From Eledone cirrhosa (taxonomy: Eukaryota), in NCBI GenBank assembly GCA_964016885.1, contig CAXHJY010000928.1:124001-188000 (forward strand): a stretch of DNA of 64,000 nt. The letters are read 5' to 3'. Under the pieces are notes generated by a model. It made no database searches and was not told the origin of the DNA. It was given only the letters and a program-made list of their open reading frames with translations. Shown in pieces: positions 9,449 through 24,400 of the stretch; within the stretch, counting starts at the first letter, position 1, and each line of letters begins with the position of its first letter. A program made the translations under genes and the position numbers.

Positions 9449-12400
9449 TGGAACAAACTATCTGCATCAGTTGTTAGCTGTCGAGACACTGCATCCTTTA
9501 AAACCTCCATAGAACAAACTACCTGCATCAGTTGTTAGCTGTCCAGACACTGCATCCTTTAAAACCTCCATGGAACAAACTACCTGCATCAGTTGTTAAC
9601 TGTCGCGACACTGCATCCTTTAAAACCTCCATGGAACAAACTGACTGCATCAGTTGTTAGCTGTCGAGACACTGCATCCTTTAAAACCTCCATAGAACAA
9701 ACTACCAGCATCAGTTGTTAGCTGTGAAGACACTGCATCCTTTAAAACCTCCATAGAACAAACTACCAGCATCAGTTGTTAGCTGTCAAGACACTACATC
9801 CTTTAAAACTTCCATGGAACAAACTACCTGCATCAGTTGTTAGCTGTCAAGACACTGTATCCTTTAAAAATTCCATGGAACAAACTACCAGCATCAGTTG
9901 TTAGCTGTCAAGACACTACATCCTTTAAAACCTCCATGGAACAAACTACCTGCATCAGTTGTTAGCTGTCAAGACACTGCATCCTTTAAAACCTCCATGG
10001 AACAAACTCCCTGCATCAGTTGTTAGCTGTCAAGACACTACATCCTTCAAAACCTCCATGGAACAAATTCCCTGCATCAGTTGTTAGCTGTCAAGACACT
10101 GCATACTTTAAAACCTCCATGGAACAAACTACCTACATCAGTTGTTAGCTGCTGAGACACTGCATCCTTTAAAACCTCCATGGAACAAACTACCTGCATC
10201 AGTTGTTAACTGTCGAGACAGTGCATCCTTTAAAACCTCCATAGAACAAACTACCTACATCAGTTGTTAGCTGTCGAGACACTGCATCCTTTAAAACCTC
10301 CATGGAACAAACTACCTGCATCAGTTGTTAGCTGTCAAGACACCGCATCCTTTGAAACCTTCATTTACAAACTACCTGCATCAGTTGTTAGCTGTGAAGA
10401 CACTGCATCCTTTAAAACCTCCATAGAACAAACTAACAGCATCAGTTGTTAGCTGTCAAGACACTACATCCTTTAAAACTTCCATGGAACAAACTACCTG
10501 CATCAGTTGTTAGCTGTCAAGACACTGCATCCTTTTAAACCTCCATAGAACAAACTGCCTGCATCAGTTGTTAGCTGTCGAGACACTGCATCCTTTAAAA
10601 CCTCCATAGAACAAACTACCAGCATCAGTTGTTAGCTGTGAAGACACTGCATCCTTTAAAACCTCCATAGAACAAACTAACAGCATCAGTTGTTAGCTGT
10701 CAAGACACTACATCCTTTAAAACTTCCATGGAACAAACTACCTGCATCAGTTGTTAGCTGTCAAGACACTGTATCCTTTAAAAACTCCATGGAACAAACT
10801 ACCAGCATCAGTTGTTAGCTGTCAAGACACTACATCCTTTAAAACCTCCATGGAACAAACTACCTGCATCAGTTGTTAGCTGTCAAGACACTGCATCCTT
10901 TAAAACCTCCATGGAACAAACTCCCTGCATCAGTTGTTAGCTGTCAAGACACTACATCCTTCAAAACCTCCATGGAACAAATTCCCTGCATCAGTTGTTA
11001 GCTGTCAAGACATTGCATAATTTAAAACCTCCATGGAACAAACTACCTACATCAGTTGTTAGCTGCTGAGACACTGCATCCTTTAAAACCTCCATGGAAC
11101 AAACTACCTGCATCAGTTGTTAACTGTCAATACACTGCATCCTTTAAAACCTCCATGGAACAAATTACCTACATCAGTTGTTAGCTGCTGAGACACTGCA
11201 TCCTTTAAAACCTCCATGGAACAAACTACCTGCATCAGTTGTTAACTGTCGAGACAGTGCATCCTTTAAAACCTCCATAGAACAAACTACCTACATCAGT
11301 TGTTAGCTGTCGAGACACTGCATCCTTTAAAACCTCCATGGAACAAACTACCTGCATCAGTTGTTAGCTGTCAAGACACCGCATCCTTTAAAACCTTCAT
11401 TTACAAACTACCTGCATCAGTTGTTAGCTGTGAAGACACTGCATCCTTTAAAAACTCCATGGAACAACCTACCTGCATCAGTTGTTAGCTGTCGAGACAC
11501 TGTATCCTTTAAAACCTCAATGGTACGAACTACCTGCATCAGTTGTTAGCTGTCGAGACACTGCATCCTTTAAAACCTCGATGGAACAAACTATCTGCAT
11601 CAGTTGTTAGCTGTCGAGACACTGCATCCTTTAAAACCTCCATAGAACAAACTACCTGCATCAGTTGTTAGCTGTCCAGACACTGCATCCTTTAAAACCT
11701 CCATGGAACAAACTACCTGCATCAGTTGTTAACTGTCGCGACACTGCATCCTTAAAAACCTCCATGGAACAGACTACCTGCATCAGTTGTTAGCTGCTGA
11801 GACACTGCATCCTTTAAAACCTCCATGGAACAAACTACCTGCATCAGTTGTTAACTGTCGGGATACTGCATCCTTTAAAACCTCCATGGAACAAACTACC
11901 TGCATCAGTTGTTAGCTGCTGAGACACTGCATCCTTTAAAACCTCCATGGAACAAACTACCTGCATCAGTTAACTGTCGAGACACTGCATCCTTTAAAAC
12001 CTCCATGGAATAAACTACCTGCATCAGTTGTTAACTGTCGAGACACTGTATCCTTTAAAACCTCCATGGAACAAACTGACTGCATCAGTTGTTAGCTGTC
12101 GAGACACTGCATCCTTTAAAACCTCCATATAACAAACTACCTGCATCAGTTGTTAGCTGTCAAGACACTGCATCCTTTAAAACCTCCATGGAACAAACTA
12201 CCAGCATCAGTTGTTAGCTGTCAAGACACTGCATCCTTTAAAACCTCCATGGAACAAACTACCTACATCAGTTGATAGCTGCTGAGACACTGCATCCTTT
12301 AAAACCTCCATGGAACAAACTACCTGCATCAGTTGTTAACTGTCGGGACACTGCATCCTTTAAAACCTCCATGGAACAAACTACCTGCATCAGTTGTTAA

Positions 12401-15400
12401 CTGTCGAGACACTGCATACTTTAAAACCTCCATAGAACAAACTACCTGCATCAGTTGTTAGCTGTCAAGACACTGCATCCTTTTAAACCTCCATAGAACA
12501 AACTGCCTGCATCAGTTGTTAGCTGTCGAGACACTGCATCCTTTAAAACCTCCATAGAACAAACTACCAGCATCAGTTGTTAGCTGTGAAGACACTGCAT
12601 CCTTTAAAACCTCCATAGAACAAACTACCAGCATCAGTTGTTAGCTGTCAAGACACTACATCCTTTAAAACTTCCATGGAACAAACTACCTGCATCAGTT
12701 GTTAGCTGTCAAGACACTGTATCCTTTAAAAATTCCATGGAACAAACTACCAGCATCAGTTGTTAGCTGTCAAGACACTACATCCTTTAAAACCTCCATG
12801 GAACAAACTACCTGCATCAGTTGTTAGCTGTCAAGACACTGCATCCTTTAAAACCTCCATGGAACAAACTCCCTGCATCAGTTGTTAGCTGTCAAGACAC
12901 TACATCCTTCAAAACCTCCATGGAACAAATTCCCTGCATCAGTTGTTAGCTGTCAAGACACTGCATACTTTAAAACCTCCATGGAACAAACTACCTACAT
13001 CAGTTGTTAGCTGCTGAGACACTGCATCCTTTAAAACCTCCATGGAACAAACTACCTGCATCAGTTGTTAACTGTCAATACACTGCATCCTTTAAAACCT
13101 CCATGGAACAAACTACCTACATCAGTTGTTAGCTGCTGAGACACTGCATCCTTTAAAACCTCCATGGAACAAACTACCTGCATCAGTTGTTAACTGTCGA
13201 GACAGTGCATCCTTTAAAACCTCCATAGAACAAACTACCTACATCAGTTGTTAGCTGTCGAGACACTGCATCCTTTAAAACCTCCATGGAACAAACTACC
13301 TGCAGCAGTTGTTAGCTGTCAAGACACTGCATCCTTTGAAACCTTCATTTACAAACTACCTGCATCAGTTGTTAGCTGTGAAGACACTGCATCCTATAAA
13401 AACTCCATGGAACAACCTACCTGCATCAGTTGTTAACTGTCGAGGCACTGCATCCTTTAAAACCTCCATGGAACAAACTTCCTGCATCAGTTGTTAGCTG
13501 TCGAAACACTGCATCCTTTAAAACCTCCATAGAACAAACTACCTGCATCAGTTGTTAGCTGTCAAGACACTGCATCCTTTAAAACCTCCATGGAACAAAC
13601 TACCAGCATCAGTTGTTAGCTGTCAAGACACTGCATCCTTTTAAACCTCCATAGAACAAACTGCCTGCATCAGTTGTTAGCTGTCGAGACACTGCATCCT
13701 TTAAAACCTCCATAGAACAAACTACCAGCATCAGTTGTTAGCTGTGAAGACACTGCATCCTTTGAAACCTCCATAGAACAAACTACCAGCATCAGTTGTT
13801 AGCTGTCAAGACACTACATCCTTTAAAACTTCCATGGAACAAACTACCTGCATCAGTTGTTAGCTGTCAAGACACTGTATCCTTTAAAAACTCCATGGAA
13901 CAAACTACCAGCATCAGTTGTTAGCTGTCAAGACACTACATCCTTTAAAACCTCCATGGAACAAACTACCTGCATCAGTTGTTAGCTGTCAAGACACTGC
14001 ATCCTTTAAAACCTCCATGGAACAAACTCCCTGCATCAGTTGTTAGCTGTCAAGACACTACATCCTTCAAAACCTCCATGGAACAAATTCCCTGCATCAG
14101 TTGTTAGCTGTCAAGACATTGCATACTTTAAAACCTCCATGGAACAAACTACCTACATCAGTTGTTAGCTGCTGAGACACTGCATCCTTTAAAACCTCCA
14201 TGGAACAAACTACCTGCATCAGTTGTTAACTGTCAATACACTGCATCCTTTAAAACCTCCATGGAACAAATTACCTACATCAGTTGTTAGCTGCTGAGAC
14301 ACTGCATCCTTTAAAACCTCCATGGAACAAACTACCTGCATCAGTTGTGAACTGTCGAGACAGTGCATCCTTTAAAACCTCCATAGAACAAACTACCTAC
14401 ATCAGTTGTTAGCTGTCGAGACACTGCATCCTTTAAAACCTCCATGGAACAAACTACCTGCATCAGTTGTTAGCTGTCAAGACACCGCATCCTTTAAAAC
14501 CTTCATTTACAAACTACCTGCATCAGTTGTTAGCTGTGAAGACACTGCATCCTTTAAAAATTCCATGGAACAACCTACCTGCATCAGTTGTTAACTGTCA
14601 ATACACTGCATCCTTTAAAACCTCCATGGAACAAATTACCTACATCAGTTGTTAGCTGCTGAGACACTGCATCCTTTAAAACCTCCATGGAACAAACTAC
14701 CTGCATCAGTTGTTAACTGTCGAGACACTGCATCCTTTAAAACCTACATGGAACAAACTTCCTGCATCAGTTGTTAGCTGTCAAGACACTGCATCCTTTA
14801 AAACCTCCATAGAACAAACTACCAGCATCAGTTGTTAGCTGTCAAGACACTGCATCCTTTAAAACCTCCATGGAACAAACTCCCTGCATCAGTTGTTAGC
14901 TGTCAAGACACTACATCCTATAAAACCTCCATGGAAGAAACTACCTACATCAGTTGTTAACTGCTGAGACACTGCATCCTTTAAAAACTCCATGGAACAA
15001 CCTACCTGCATCAGTTGTTAACTGTCAATACACTGCATCCTTTAAAACCTCCATGGAACAAATTACCTACATCAGTTGTTAGCTGTCGAAACACTGCATC
15101 CTTTAAAACCTCCATAGAACAAACTGCCTGCATCAGTTGTTAGCTGTCGAGACACTGCATCCTTTAAAACCTCCATAGAACAAACTAGCAGCCTCAGTTG
15201 TTAGCTGTCAAGACACTGCATCCTTTAAAACCTCCATAGAACAAACTACCAGCATCAGTTGTTAGCTGTCAAGACACTGCATCCTTTAAAACCTCCATGG
15301 AACAAACTCCCTGCATCAGTTGTTAGCTGTCACGACACTACATCCTATAAAACCTCCATGGAAGAAACTACCTACATCAGTTGTTAACTGCTGAGACACT

Positions 15401-18400
15401 GCATCCTTTAAAACCTCCATGGAACAAACTACCTGCATCAGTTGTTAGCTGTCAAGACACTGCATCCTTTAAAAACTCCATGGAACAAACTACCAGCATC
15501 AGTTGTTAGCTGTCAAGACACTGTATCCTTTAAAAACTCCATGGAACAAACTACCAGCATCAGTTGTTAGCTGTCAAGTCACTGCATCCTTTAAAACCAA
15601 CCATGGAACAAACTACCAGCATCAGTTGTTAGTTGTCAAGTCACTGCATCCTTTAAAACCTCCATGGAACAAACTACCTGCATCAGTTGTTAACTGTCAA
15701 GACACTGCATCCTTTAAAACCTTCATTTACAAACTACCTGCATCAGTTGTTAGCTGTGAAGACACTGCATCCTTTAAAAACTCCATGGAACAAACTACCT
15801 GCATCAGTTGTTTACTGTCGAGACACTGCATCCTTTAAAACGTCCATGGAACAAACTGCCTCCATCAGTTGTTAACTGTCAAGACACTGTATCCTTTAAA
15901 AACTCCATGGAACAAACTACCAGCATCAGTTGTTAACTGTCGAGACACTGCATCCTTTAAAACCTCCATAGAACAAACTACCAGCATCAGTTGTTAGCTA
16001 TCAAGACACTGCATCCTTTAAAACCTCCATGGAACAAACTACCTGCATCAGTTGTTAGCTGTCAAGACACTGTATCCTTTAAAAACTCCATGGAACAAAC
16101 TACCAGCATCAGTTGTTAGCTGTCAAGACACTGCATCCTTTAAAACCTCCATAGAACAAACTACCAGCATCAGTTGTTAGCTGTCAAGACACTGCATCCT
16201 TTAACACCTCCATGGAACAAACTCCCTGCATCAGTTGTTAGCTGTCAAGACACTACATCCTTTAAAACCTCCATGGAACAAACTACCTACATCAGTTGTT
16301 AGCTGCTGAGACACTGCATCCTTTAAAACCTCCATGGAACAAACTACCTGCATCAGTTGTTAGCTGTCAAGACACTCTATCCTTTAAAACCTCCATGGAA
16401 CAAACTACCAGCATCAGTTGTTAGCTGCTGAGACACTACATCCTATAAAACCTCCATGGAACAAACTACCTACATCAGTTGTTAGCTGTCGAGACACTGC
16501 ATCCTTTAAAACCTCCATGGAACAAACTACCTACATCAGTTGTTAGCTGCTGAGACACTGCATCCTTTAAAACATCCATGGAACAAACTACCTGCATCAG
16601 TTGTTAACTGTCGAGACACTGCATCCTTTAAAACCTCCATAGAACAAACTACCTACATCAGTTGTTAGCTGTCGAGACACTGCATCCTTTAAAACCTCCA
16701 TAAAACAAACTACCAGCATCAGTCGTTAGCTGTCAAGACACTGCATCCTTTAAAACCTCCATGGAACAAACTACCTGCATCAGTTGTTAGCTGTCAAGAC
16801 ACTCTATCCTTTAAAAACTCCATGGAACAAACTCCCTGCATCAGTTGTTAGCTGTCGAGAGACTGCATCCTTTAAAACCTCCATGGAACAAACTACCTAC
16901 ATCAGTTGTTAGCTGCTGAGACACTGCATCCTTTAAAACATCCATGGAACAAACTACCTGCATCAGTTGTTAACTGTCGAGACACTGCATCCTTTAAAAC
17001 CTCCATAGAACAAACTACCTACATCAGTTGTTAGCTGTCGGGACACTGCATCCTTTAAAACCTCCATGGAACAAACTACCTGCATCAGTTGTTAACTGTC
17101 GAGACACTGCATCCTTGAAAACCTCCATGGAACAAACTACCTGCATCAGTTGTTAGCTATCAAGACACTGCATCCTTTAAAAACTCCATGGAACAAACTA
17201 CCAGCATCAGTTGTTAGCTATCAAGTCACTGCATCCTTTAAAACCTCCATGGAACAAACTACCTGCATCAGTTGTTAGCTGTCGAGACACTGCAACCTTT
17301 AAAACCTCCATGGAACAAACTACCTGCATCAGTTGTTAGCTGTCAAGACACTGCATCCTTTAAAACCTTCATTTACAAACTACCTGCATCAGTCGTTAGC
17401 TGTCAAGACACCGCACCCTTTAAAACCTTCATTTACAAACTACCTGCATCAGTTGTTAGCTGTGAAGACACTGCATCCTTTAAAAACTCCATGGAACAAC
17501 CTACCTGCATCAGTTGTTAACTGTCGAGACACTGCATCCTTTAAAACCTCCATGGAACAAACTTCCTGCATCAGTTGTTAGCTGTCGAAACACTGCATCC
17601 TTTAAAACCTCCATAGAACAAACTACCTGCATCAGTTGTTAGCTGTCAAGACACTGCATCCTTTAAAACCTCCATAGAACAAACTAGCAGCATCAGTTGT
17701 TAGCTGTCAAGACACTGCATCCTTTAAAACCTCCATGGAACAAACTCCCTGCATCAGTTGTTAGCTGTCAAGACACTACATCCTATAAAACCTCCATGGA
17801 ACAAACTACCTACATCAGTTGTAAGCTGCTGAGACACTGCATCCTTTAAAACCTCCATGGAACAAACTACCTGCATCAGTTGTTAGCTGTCAAGACACTG
17901 TATCCTTTCAAACCTTCATTTACAAACTACCTGCATCAGTTGTTAGCTGTGAAGACACTGCATCCTTTAAAAACTCCATGGAACAAACTACCTGCATCAG
18001 TTGTTAACTGTCGAGACACTGCATCCTTTAAAACCTCCATAGAACAAACTGCCTGCATCAGTTGTTAGCTGTCGAGACACTGCATCCTTTAAAACCTCCA
18101 TAAAACAAACTACCAGCATCAGTCGTTAGCTGTCAAGACCCTGCATCCTTTAAAACCTCCATGGAACAAACTACCTGCATCAGTTGTTAGCTGTCAAGAC
18201 ACTCTATCCTTTAAAAACTCCATGGAACAAACTCCCTGCATCAGTTGTTAGCTGTCGAGTCACTGCATCCTTTAAAACCTCCATGGAACAAACTACCTAC
18301 ATCAGTTGTTAGCTGCTGAGACACTGCATCCTTTAAAACATCCATGGAACAAACTACCTGCATCAGTTGTTAACTGTCGAGACACTGCATCCTTTATAAC

Positions 18401-21400
18401 CTCCATAGAACAAACTACCTACATCAGATGTTAGCTGTCGGGACACTGCATCCTTTAAAACCTCCATGGAACAAACTACTTGCATCAGTTGTTAACTGTC
18501 GAGACACTGCATCCTTTAAAACCTCCATAGAACAAACTACCTGCATCAGTTGTTAACTGTCGAGACACTGCATCCTTTATAACCTCCATAGAACACACTA
18601 CCTACATCAGTTGTTAGCTCTCGAGACACTGCATCCTTTAAAACCTCCATGGAACAAACTGCCTGCATCAGTTGTTAGCTGTCGAAACACTGCTTCCTTT
18701 AAAACCTCCATAGAACAAACTACCTGGATCAGTTGTTAGCTGTCAAGACACTGCATCCTTTAAAACCTCCATGGAACAAACTACCAGCATCAGTTGTTAG
18801 CTGTCAAGACACTGCATCCTTTAAAACCTCCATAGAACAAACTGCCTGCATCAGTTGTTAGCTGTCGAGACACTGCATCCTTTAAAACCTCCATAGAACA
18901 AACTACCAGCATCAGTTGTTAGCTGTCAAGACACTGCATCCTTTAAAACCTCCATAGAACAAACTACCATCATCAGTTGTTAGCTGTCAAGACACTCCAT
19001 CCTTTAAAACCTCCATGGAACAAACTACCTGCATCAGTTGTTAGCTGTCAAGACACTACATCCTTTAAAACCTCCATGGAACAAACTACCTGCATCAGTT
19101 GTTAGCTGTCAAGACACTGCATCCTTTAAAACCTCCATGGAACAAACTACCAGCATCAGTTGTTAGCTGTCAAGACACTACATCCTATAAAACCTCCATG
19201 GAACAAACTACCTACATCAGTTGTTAGCTGTCGAGACACTGCATCCTTTAAAACCTCCATGGAACAAACTACCTGCATCAGTTGTTAGCTGTCAAGACAC
19301 TGCATCCTTTCAAACCTTCATTTACAAACTACCTGCATCAGTTGTTAGCTGTGAAGACACTGGATCCTTTAAAAACTCCATGGAACAAACTACCTGCATC
19401 AGTTGTTAGCTGTCGAGACACTGCATCCTTTAAAACCTCCATAGAACAAACTACCTACATCAGTTGTTAGCTGCTGAGACACTGCATCCTTTAAAACCTC
19501 CATGGAACAAACTACCTGCATCAGTTGTTAACTGTCGAGACACTGCATCCTTTAAAACCTCCATAGAACAAACTACCTACATCAGTTGTTAGCTGTCGAG
19601 ACACTGCATCCTTTTAAACCTCCATGGAACAAACTACCAGCATCAGTTGTTAGCTGTGAAGACACTGCATCCTTTAAAAACTCCATGGAACAAACTACCT
19701 GCATCAGTTGTTAGCTGTGAAGACACTGCATCCTTTAAAAACTCCATGGAACAAACTACCTGCATCAGTTGTTAACTGTCGAGACACTCCATCCTTTAAA
19801 ACCTCCATAGAACAAACTGCCTACATCAGTTGTTAGCTGTCGAGACACTGCATCCTTTAAAACCTCCATAGAACAAACTACCAGCATAAGTTGTTAGCTG
19901 TCAAGACACTGCATCCTTTAAAACCTCCATGGAACAAACTCCCTGCATCAGTTGTTAGCTGTCAAGACACTACATCCTTTAAAACCTCCATGGAACAAAC
20001 TACCTACATCAGTTGTTACCTGCTGAGACACTGCATCCTTTAAAACCTCCATGGAACAAACTACCTGCATCAGTTGTTAGCTGTCAAGACACTGCATCCT
20101 TTAAAACCTCCATGGAACAAACTACCAGCATCAGTTGTTAGCTGTCAAGACACTACATCCTATAAAACCTCCATGGAACAAACTACCTACATCAGTTGTT
20201 AGCTGTCGAGACACTGCATCCTTTAAAACCTCCATGGAACAAACTACCTGCATCAGTTGTTAGCTGTCAAGACACTGCATCCTTTCAAACCTTCATTTAC
20301 AAACTACCTGCATCAGTTGTTAGCTGTGAAGACACTGCATCCTTTAAAAACTCCATGGAACAAACTACCTGCATCAGTTGTTAACTGTCGAGACACTGCA
20401 TCCTTTAAAACCTCCATAGAACAAACTGCCTGCATCAGTTGTTAGCTGTCGAGACACTGCATCCTTTAAAACCTCCATAAAACAAACTACCTGCATCAGT
20501 CGTTAGCTGTCAAGACCCTGCATCCTTTAAAACCTCCATGGAACAAACTACCTACATCAGTTGTTAGCAGCTGAGACACTGCATCCTTTAAAACATCCAT
20601 GGAACAAACTACCTGCATCAGTTGTTAACTGTCGAGACACTGCATCCTTTATAACCTCCATAGAACAAACTACCTACATCAGTTGTTAGCTGTCAAGACA
20701 CTCTATCCTTTAAAAACTCCATGGTACAAACTCCCTGCATCAGTTGTTAGCTGTCGAGACACTGCATCCTTTAAAACCTCCATGGAACAAACTACCTACA
20801 TCAGTTGTTAGCTGCTGAGACACTGCATCCTTTAAAACCTCCATAGAACAAACTACCTGCATCAGTTGTTAACTGTCGAGACACCGCATCCTTTATAACC
20901 TCCATAGAACACACTACCTACATCAGTTGTTAGCTCTCGAGACACTGCATCCTTTAAAACCTCCATGGAACAAACTGCCTGCATCAGTTGTTAGCTGTCG
21001 AAACACTGCTTCCTTTAAAACCTCCATAGAACAAACTACATGCATCAGTTGTTAGCTGTCAAGACACTGCATCCTTTAAAACCTCCATGGAACAAACTAC
21101 CAGCATCAGTTGTTAGCTGTCAAGACACTGCATCCTTTAAAACCTCCATAGAACAAACTGCCTGCATCAGTTGTTAGCTGTCGAGACACTGCATCCTTTA
21201 AAACCTCCATAGAACAAACTACCAGCATCAGTTGTTAGCTGTCAAGACACTGCATCCTTTAAAACCTCCATAGAACAAACTACCATCATCAGTTGTTAGC
21301 TGTCAAGACACTGCATCCTTTAAAACCTCCATGGAACAAACTCCCTGCATCAGTTGTTAGCTGTCAAGACACTACATCCTTTAAAACCTCCATGGAACAA

Positions 21401-24400
21401 ACTACCTACATCAGTTGTTAGCTGCTGAGACACTGCATCCTTTAAAACCTCCATGGAACAAACTACCTGCATCAGTTGTTAGCTGTCAAGACACTGCATC
21501 CTTTAAAACCTCCATGGAACAAACTACCAGCATCAGTTGTTAGCTGTCAAGACACTACATCCTATAAAACCTCCATGGAACAAACTACCTACATCAGTTG
21601 TTAGCTGTCGAGACACTGCATCCTTTAAAACCTCCATGGAACAAACTACCTGCATCAGTTGTTAGCTGTCAAGACACTGCATCCTTTCAAACCTTCATTT
21701 ACAAACTACCTGCATCAGTTGTTAGCTGTGAAGACACTGGATCCTTTAAAAACTCCATGGAACAAACTACCTGCATCAGTTGTTAGCTGTCGAGACACTG
21801 CATCCTTTAAAACCTCCATAGAACAAACTACCTACATCAGTTGTTAGCTGCTGAGACACTGCATCCTTTAAAACATCCATGGAACAAACTACCTGCATCA
21901 GTTGTTAACTGTCGAGCACTGCATCCTTTATAACCTCCATAGAACAAACTACCTACATCAGTTGTTAGCTGTCGGGACACTGCATCCTTTAAAACCTCCA
22001 TGGAACAAACTACCTGCATCAGTTGTTAACTGTCGAGACACTGCATCCTTTAAAACCTCCATAGAACAAACTACCTACATCAGTTGTTAGCTGTCGAGAC
22101 ACTGCATCCTTTTAAACCTCCATGGAACAAACTACCAGCATCAGTTGTTAGCTGTGAAGACACTGCATCCTTTAAAAACTCCATGGAACAAACTACCTGC
22201 ATCAGTTGTTAGCTGTGAAGACACTGCATCCTTTAAAAACTCCATGGAACAAACTACCTGCATCAGTTGTTAACTGTCGAGACACTCCATCCTTTAAAAC
22301 CTCCATAGAACAAACTGCCTGCATCAGTTGTTAGCTGTCGAGACACTGCATCCTTTAAAACCTCCATAGAACAAACTACCAGCATCAGTTGTTAGCTGTC
22401 AATACATTGCACCATTTATAACCTTCATAGAACACACTACCTGCATCAGTTGTTAGCTGTCAATACATTGCACCATTTATAACCTTCATAGAACACACTA
22501 CCTGCATCAGTTGTTAGCTGTCAAGACACTACATCCTTTAAAACCTCCATGGAACAAACTCCCTGCATCAGTTGTTAGCTGTCAAGACACTACATCCTTT
22601 AAAACCTCCATGGAACAAACTACCTACATCAGTTGTTAGCTCCTGAGACACTGCATCCTTTAAAACCTCCATGGAACAAACTACCTGCATCAGTTGTTAG
22701 CTGTCAAGACACTGCATCCTTTAAAACCTCCATGGAACAAACTACCAGCATCAGTTGTTAGCTGTCAAGACACTACATCCTATAAAACCTCCATGGAACA
22801 AACTACCTACATCAGTTGTTAGCTGTCGAGACACTGCATCCTTTAAAACATCCATGGAACAAACTACCTGCATCAGTTGTTAGCTGTCAAGACACTGCAT
22901 CCTTTCAAACCTTCATTTACAAACTACCTGCATCAGTTGTTAGCTGTGAAGACACTGGATCCTTTAAAAACTCCATGGAACAAACTACCTGCATCAGTTG
23001 TTAGCTGTCGAGACACTGCATCCTTTAAAACCTCCATGGAACAAACTACCTACATCAGTTGTTAGCTGCTGAGACACTGCATCCTTTAAAACATCCATGG
23101 AACAAACTACCTGCATCAGTTGTTAACTGTCGAGACACTGCATCCTTTATAACCTCCATAGAACAAACTACCTACATCAGTTGTTAGCTGTCGGGACACT
23201 GCATCCTTTAAAACCTCCATGGAACAAACTACCTGCATCAGTTGTTAACTGTCGAGACACTGCATCCTTTAAAACCTCCATAGAACAAACTACCTAGATC
23301 AGTTGTTAGCTCTCGAGACACTGCATCCTTTTAAACCTCCATGGATCAAACTACCAGCATCAGTTGTTAGCTGTCAAGACACTGCATCCTTTAAAAACTC
23401 CATGGAACAAACTACCTGCATCAGTTGTTAGCTGTGAAGACACTGCATCCTTTAAAAACTCCATGGAACAAACTACCTGCATCAGTTGTTAACTGTCGAG
23501 ACACTCCATCCTTTAAAACCTCCATAGAACAAACTGCCTGCATCAGTTGTTAGCTGTCGAGACACTGCATCCTTTAAAACCTCCATAGAACAAACTACCA
23601 GCATAAGTTGTTAGCTGTCAAGACACTGCATCCTTTAAAACCTCCATAGAACAAACTACCAGCATCAGTTGTTAGCTGTCAAGACACTGCATCCTTTAAA
23701 ACCTCCATGGAACAAACTACCTGCATCAGTTGTTAGCTGTCAATACATTGCACCATTTATAACCTTCATAGAACACACTACCTGCATCAGTTGTTAGCTG
23801 TCAAGACACTGCATCCTTTAAAACCTCCATGCAACAAACTCCCTGCATCAGTTGTTAGCTGTCAAGACACTACATCCTTTAAAACCTCCATGGAACAAAC
23901 TACCTACATCAGTTGTTAGCTGCTGAGACACTGCATCCTTTAAAACCTCCATGGAACAAACTACCTGCATCAGTTGTTAACTGTCGAGACACTGCATCCT
24001 TTAAAATCTCCATAGAACAAACTACCTATATCAGTTGTTAGCTGTCGAGACACTGCATCCTTTAAAACCTCCATAGAACAAACTGCCTGCATCAGTTGTT
24101 AGCTGTCAAGACACTGTATCCTTTAAAAACTCCATGGAACAAACTACCATCATCAGTTGTTAGCTGTCAAGACACTGCATCCTTTAAAACCCCCATGGAA
24201 CAAACTATCTGCATCAGTTGTTAGCTGTCAAGATACTGCATCCTTTAAAACCTCCATGGAACAAACTCCCTGCATCAGTTGTTAGCTGTCAAGACACTAC
24301 ATCCTTTAAAACCTCCATGGAACAAACTACCTACATCAGTTGTTAGCTGCTGAGACACTGCATCCTTTAAAACCTCCATGGAACAAACTACCTGCATCAG

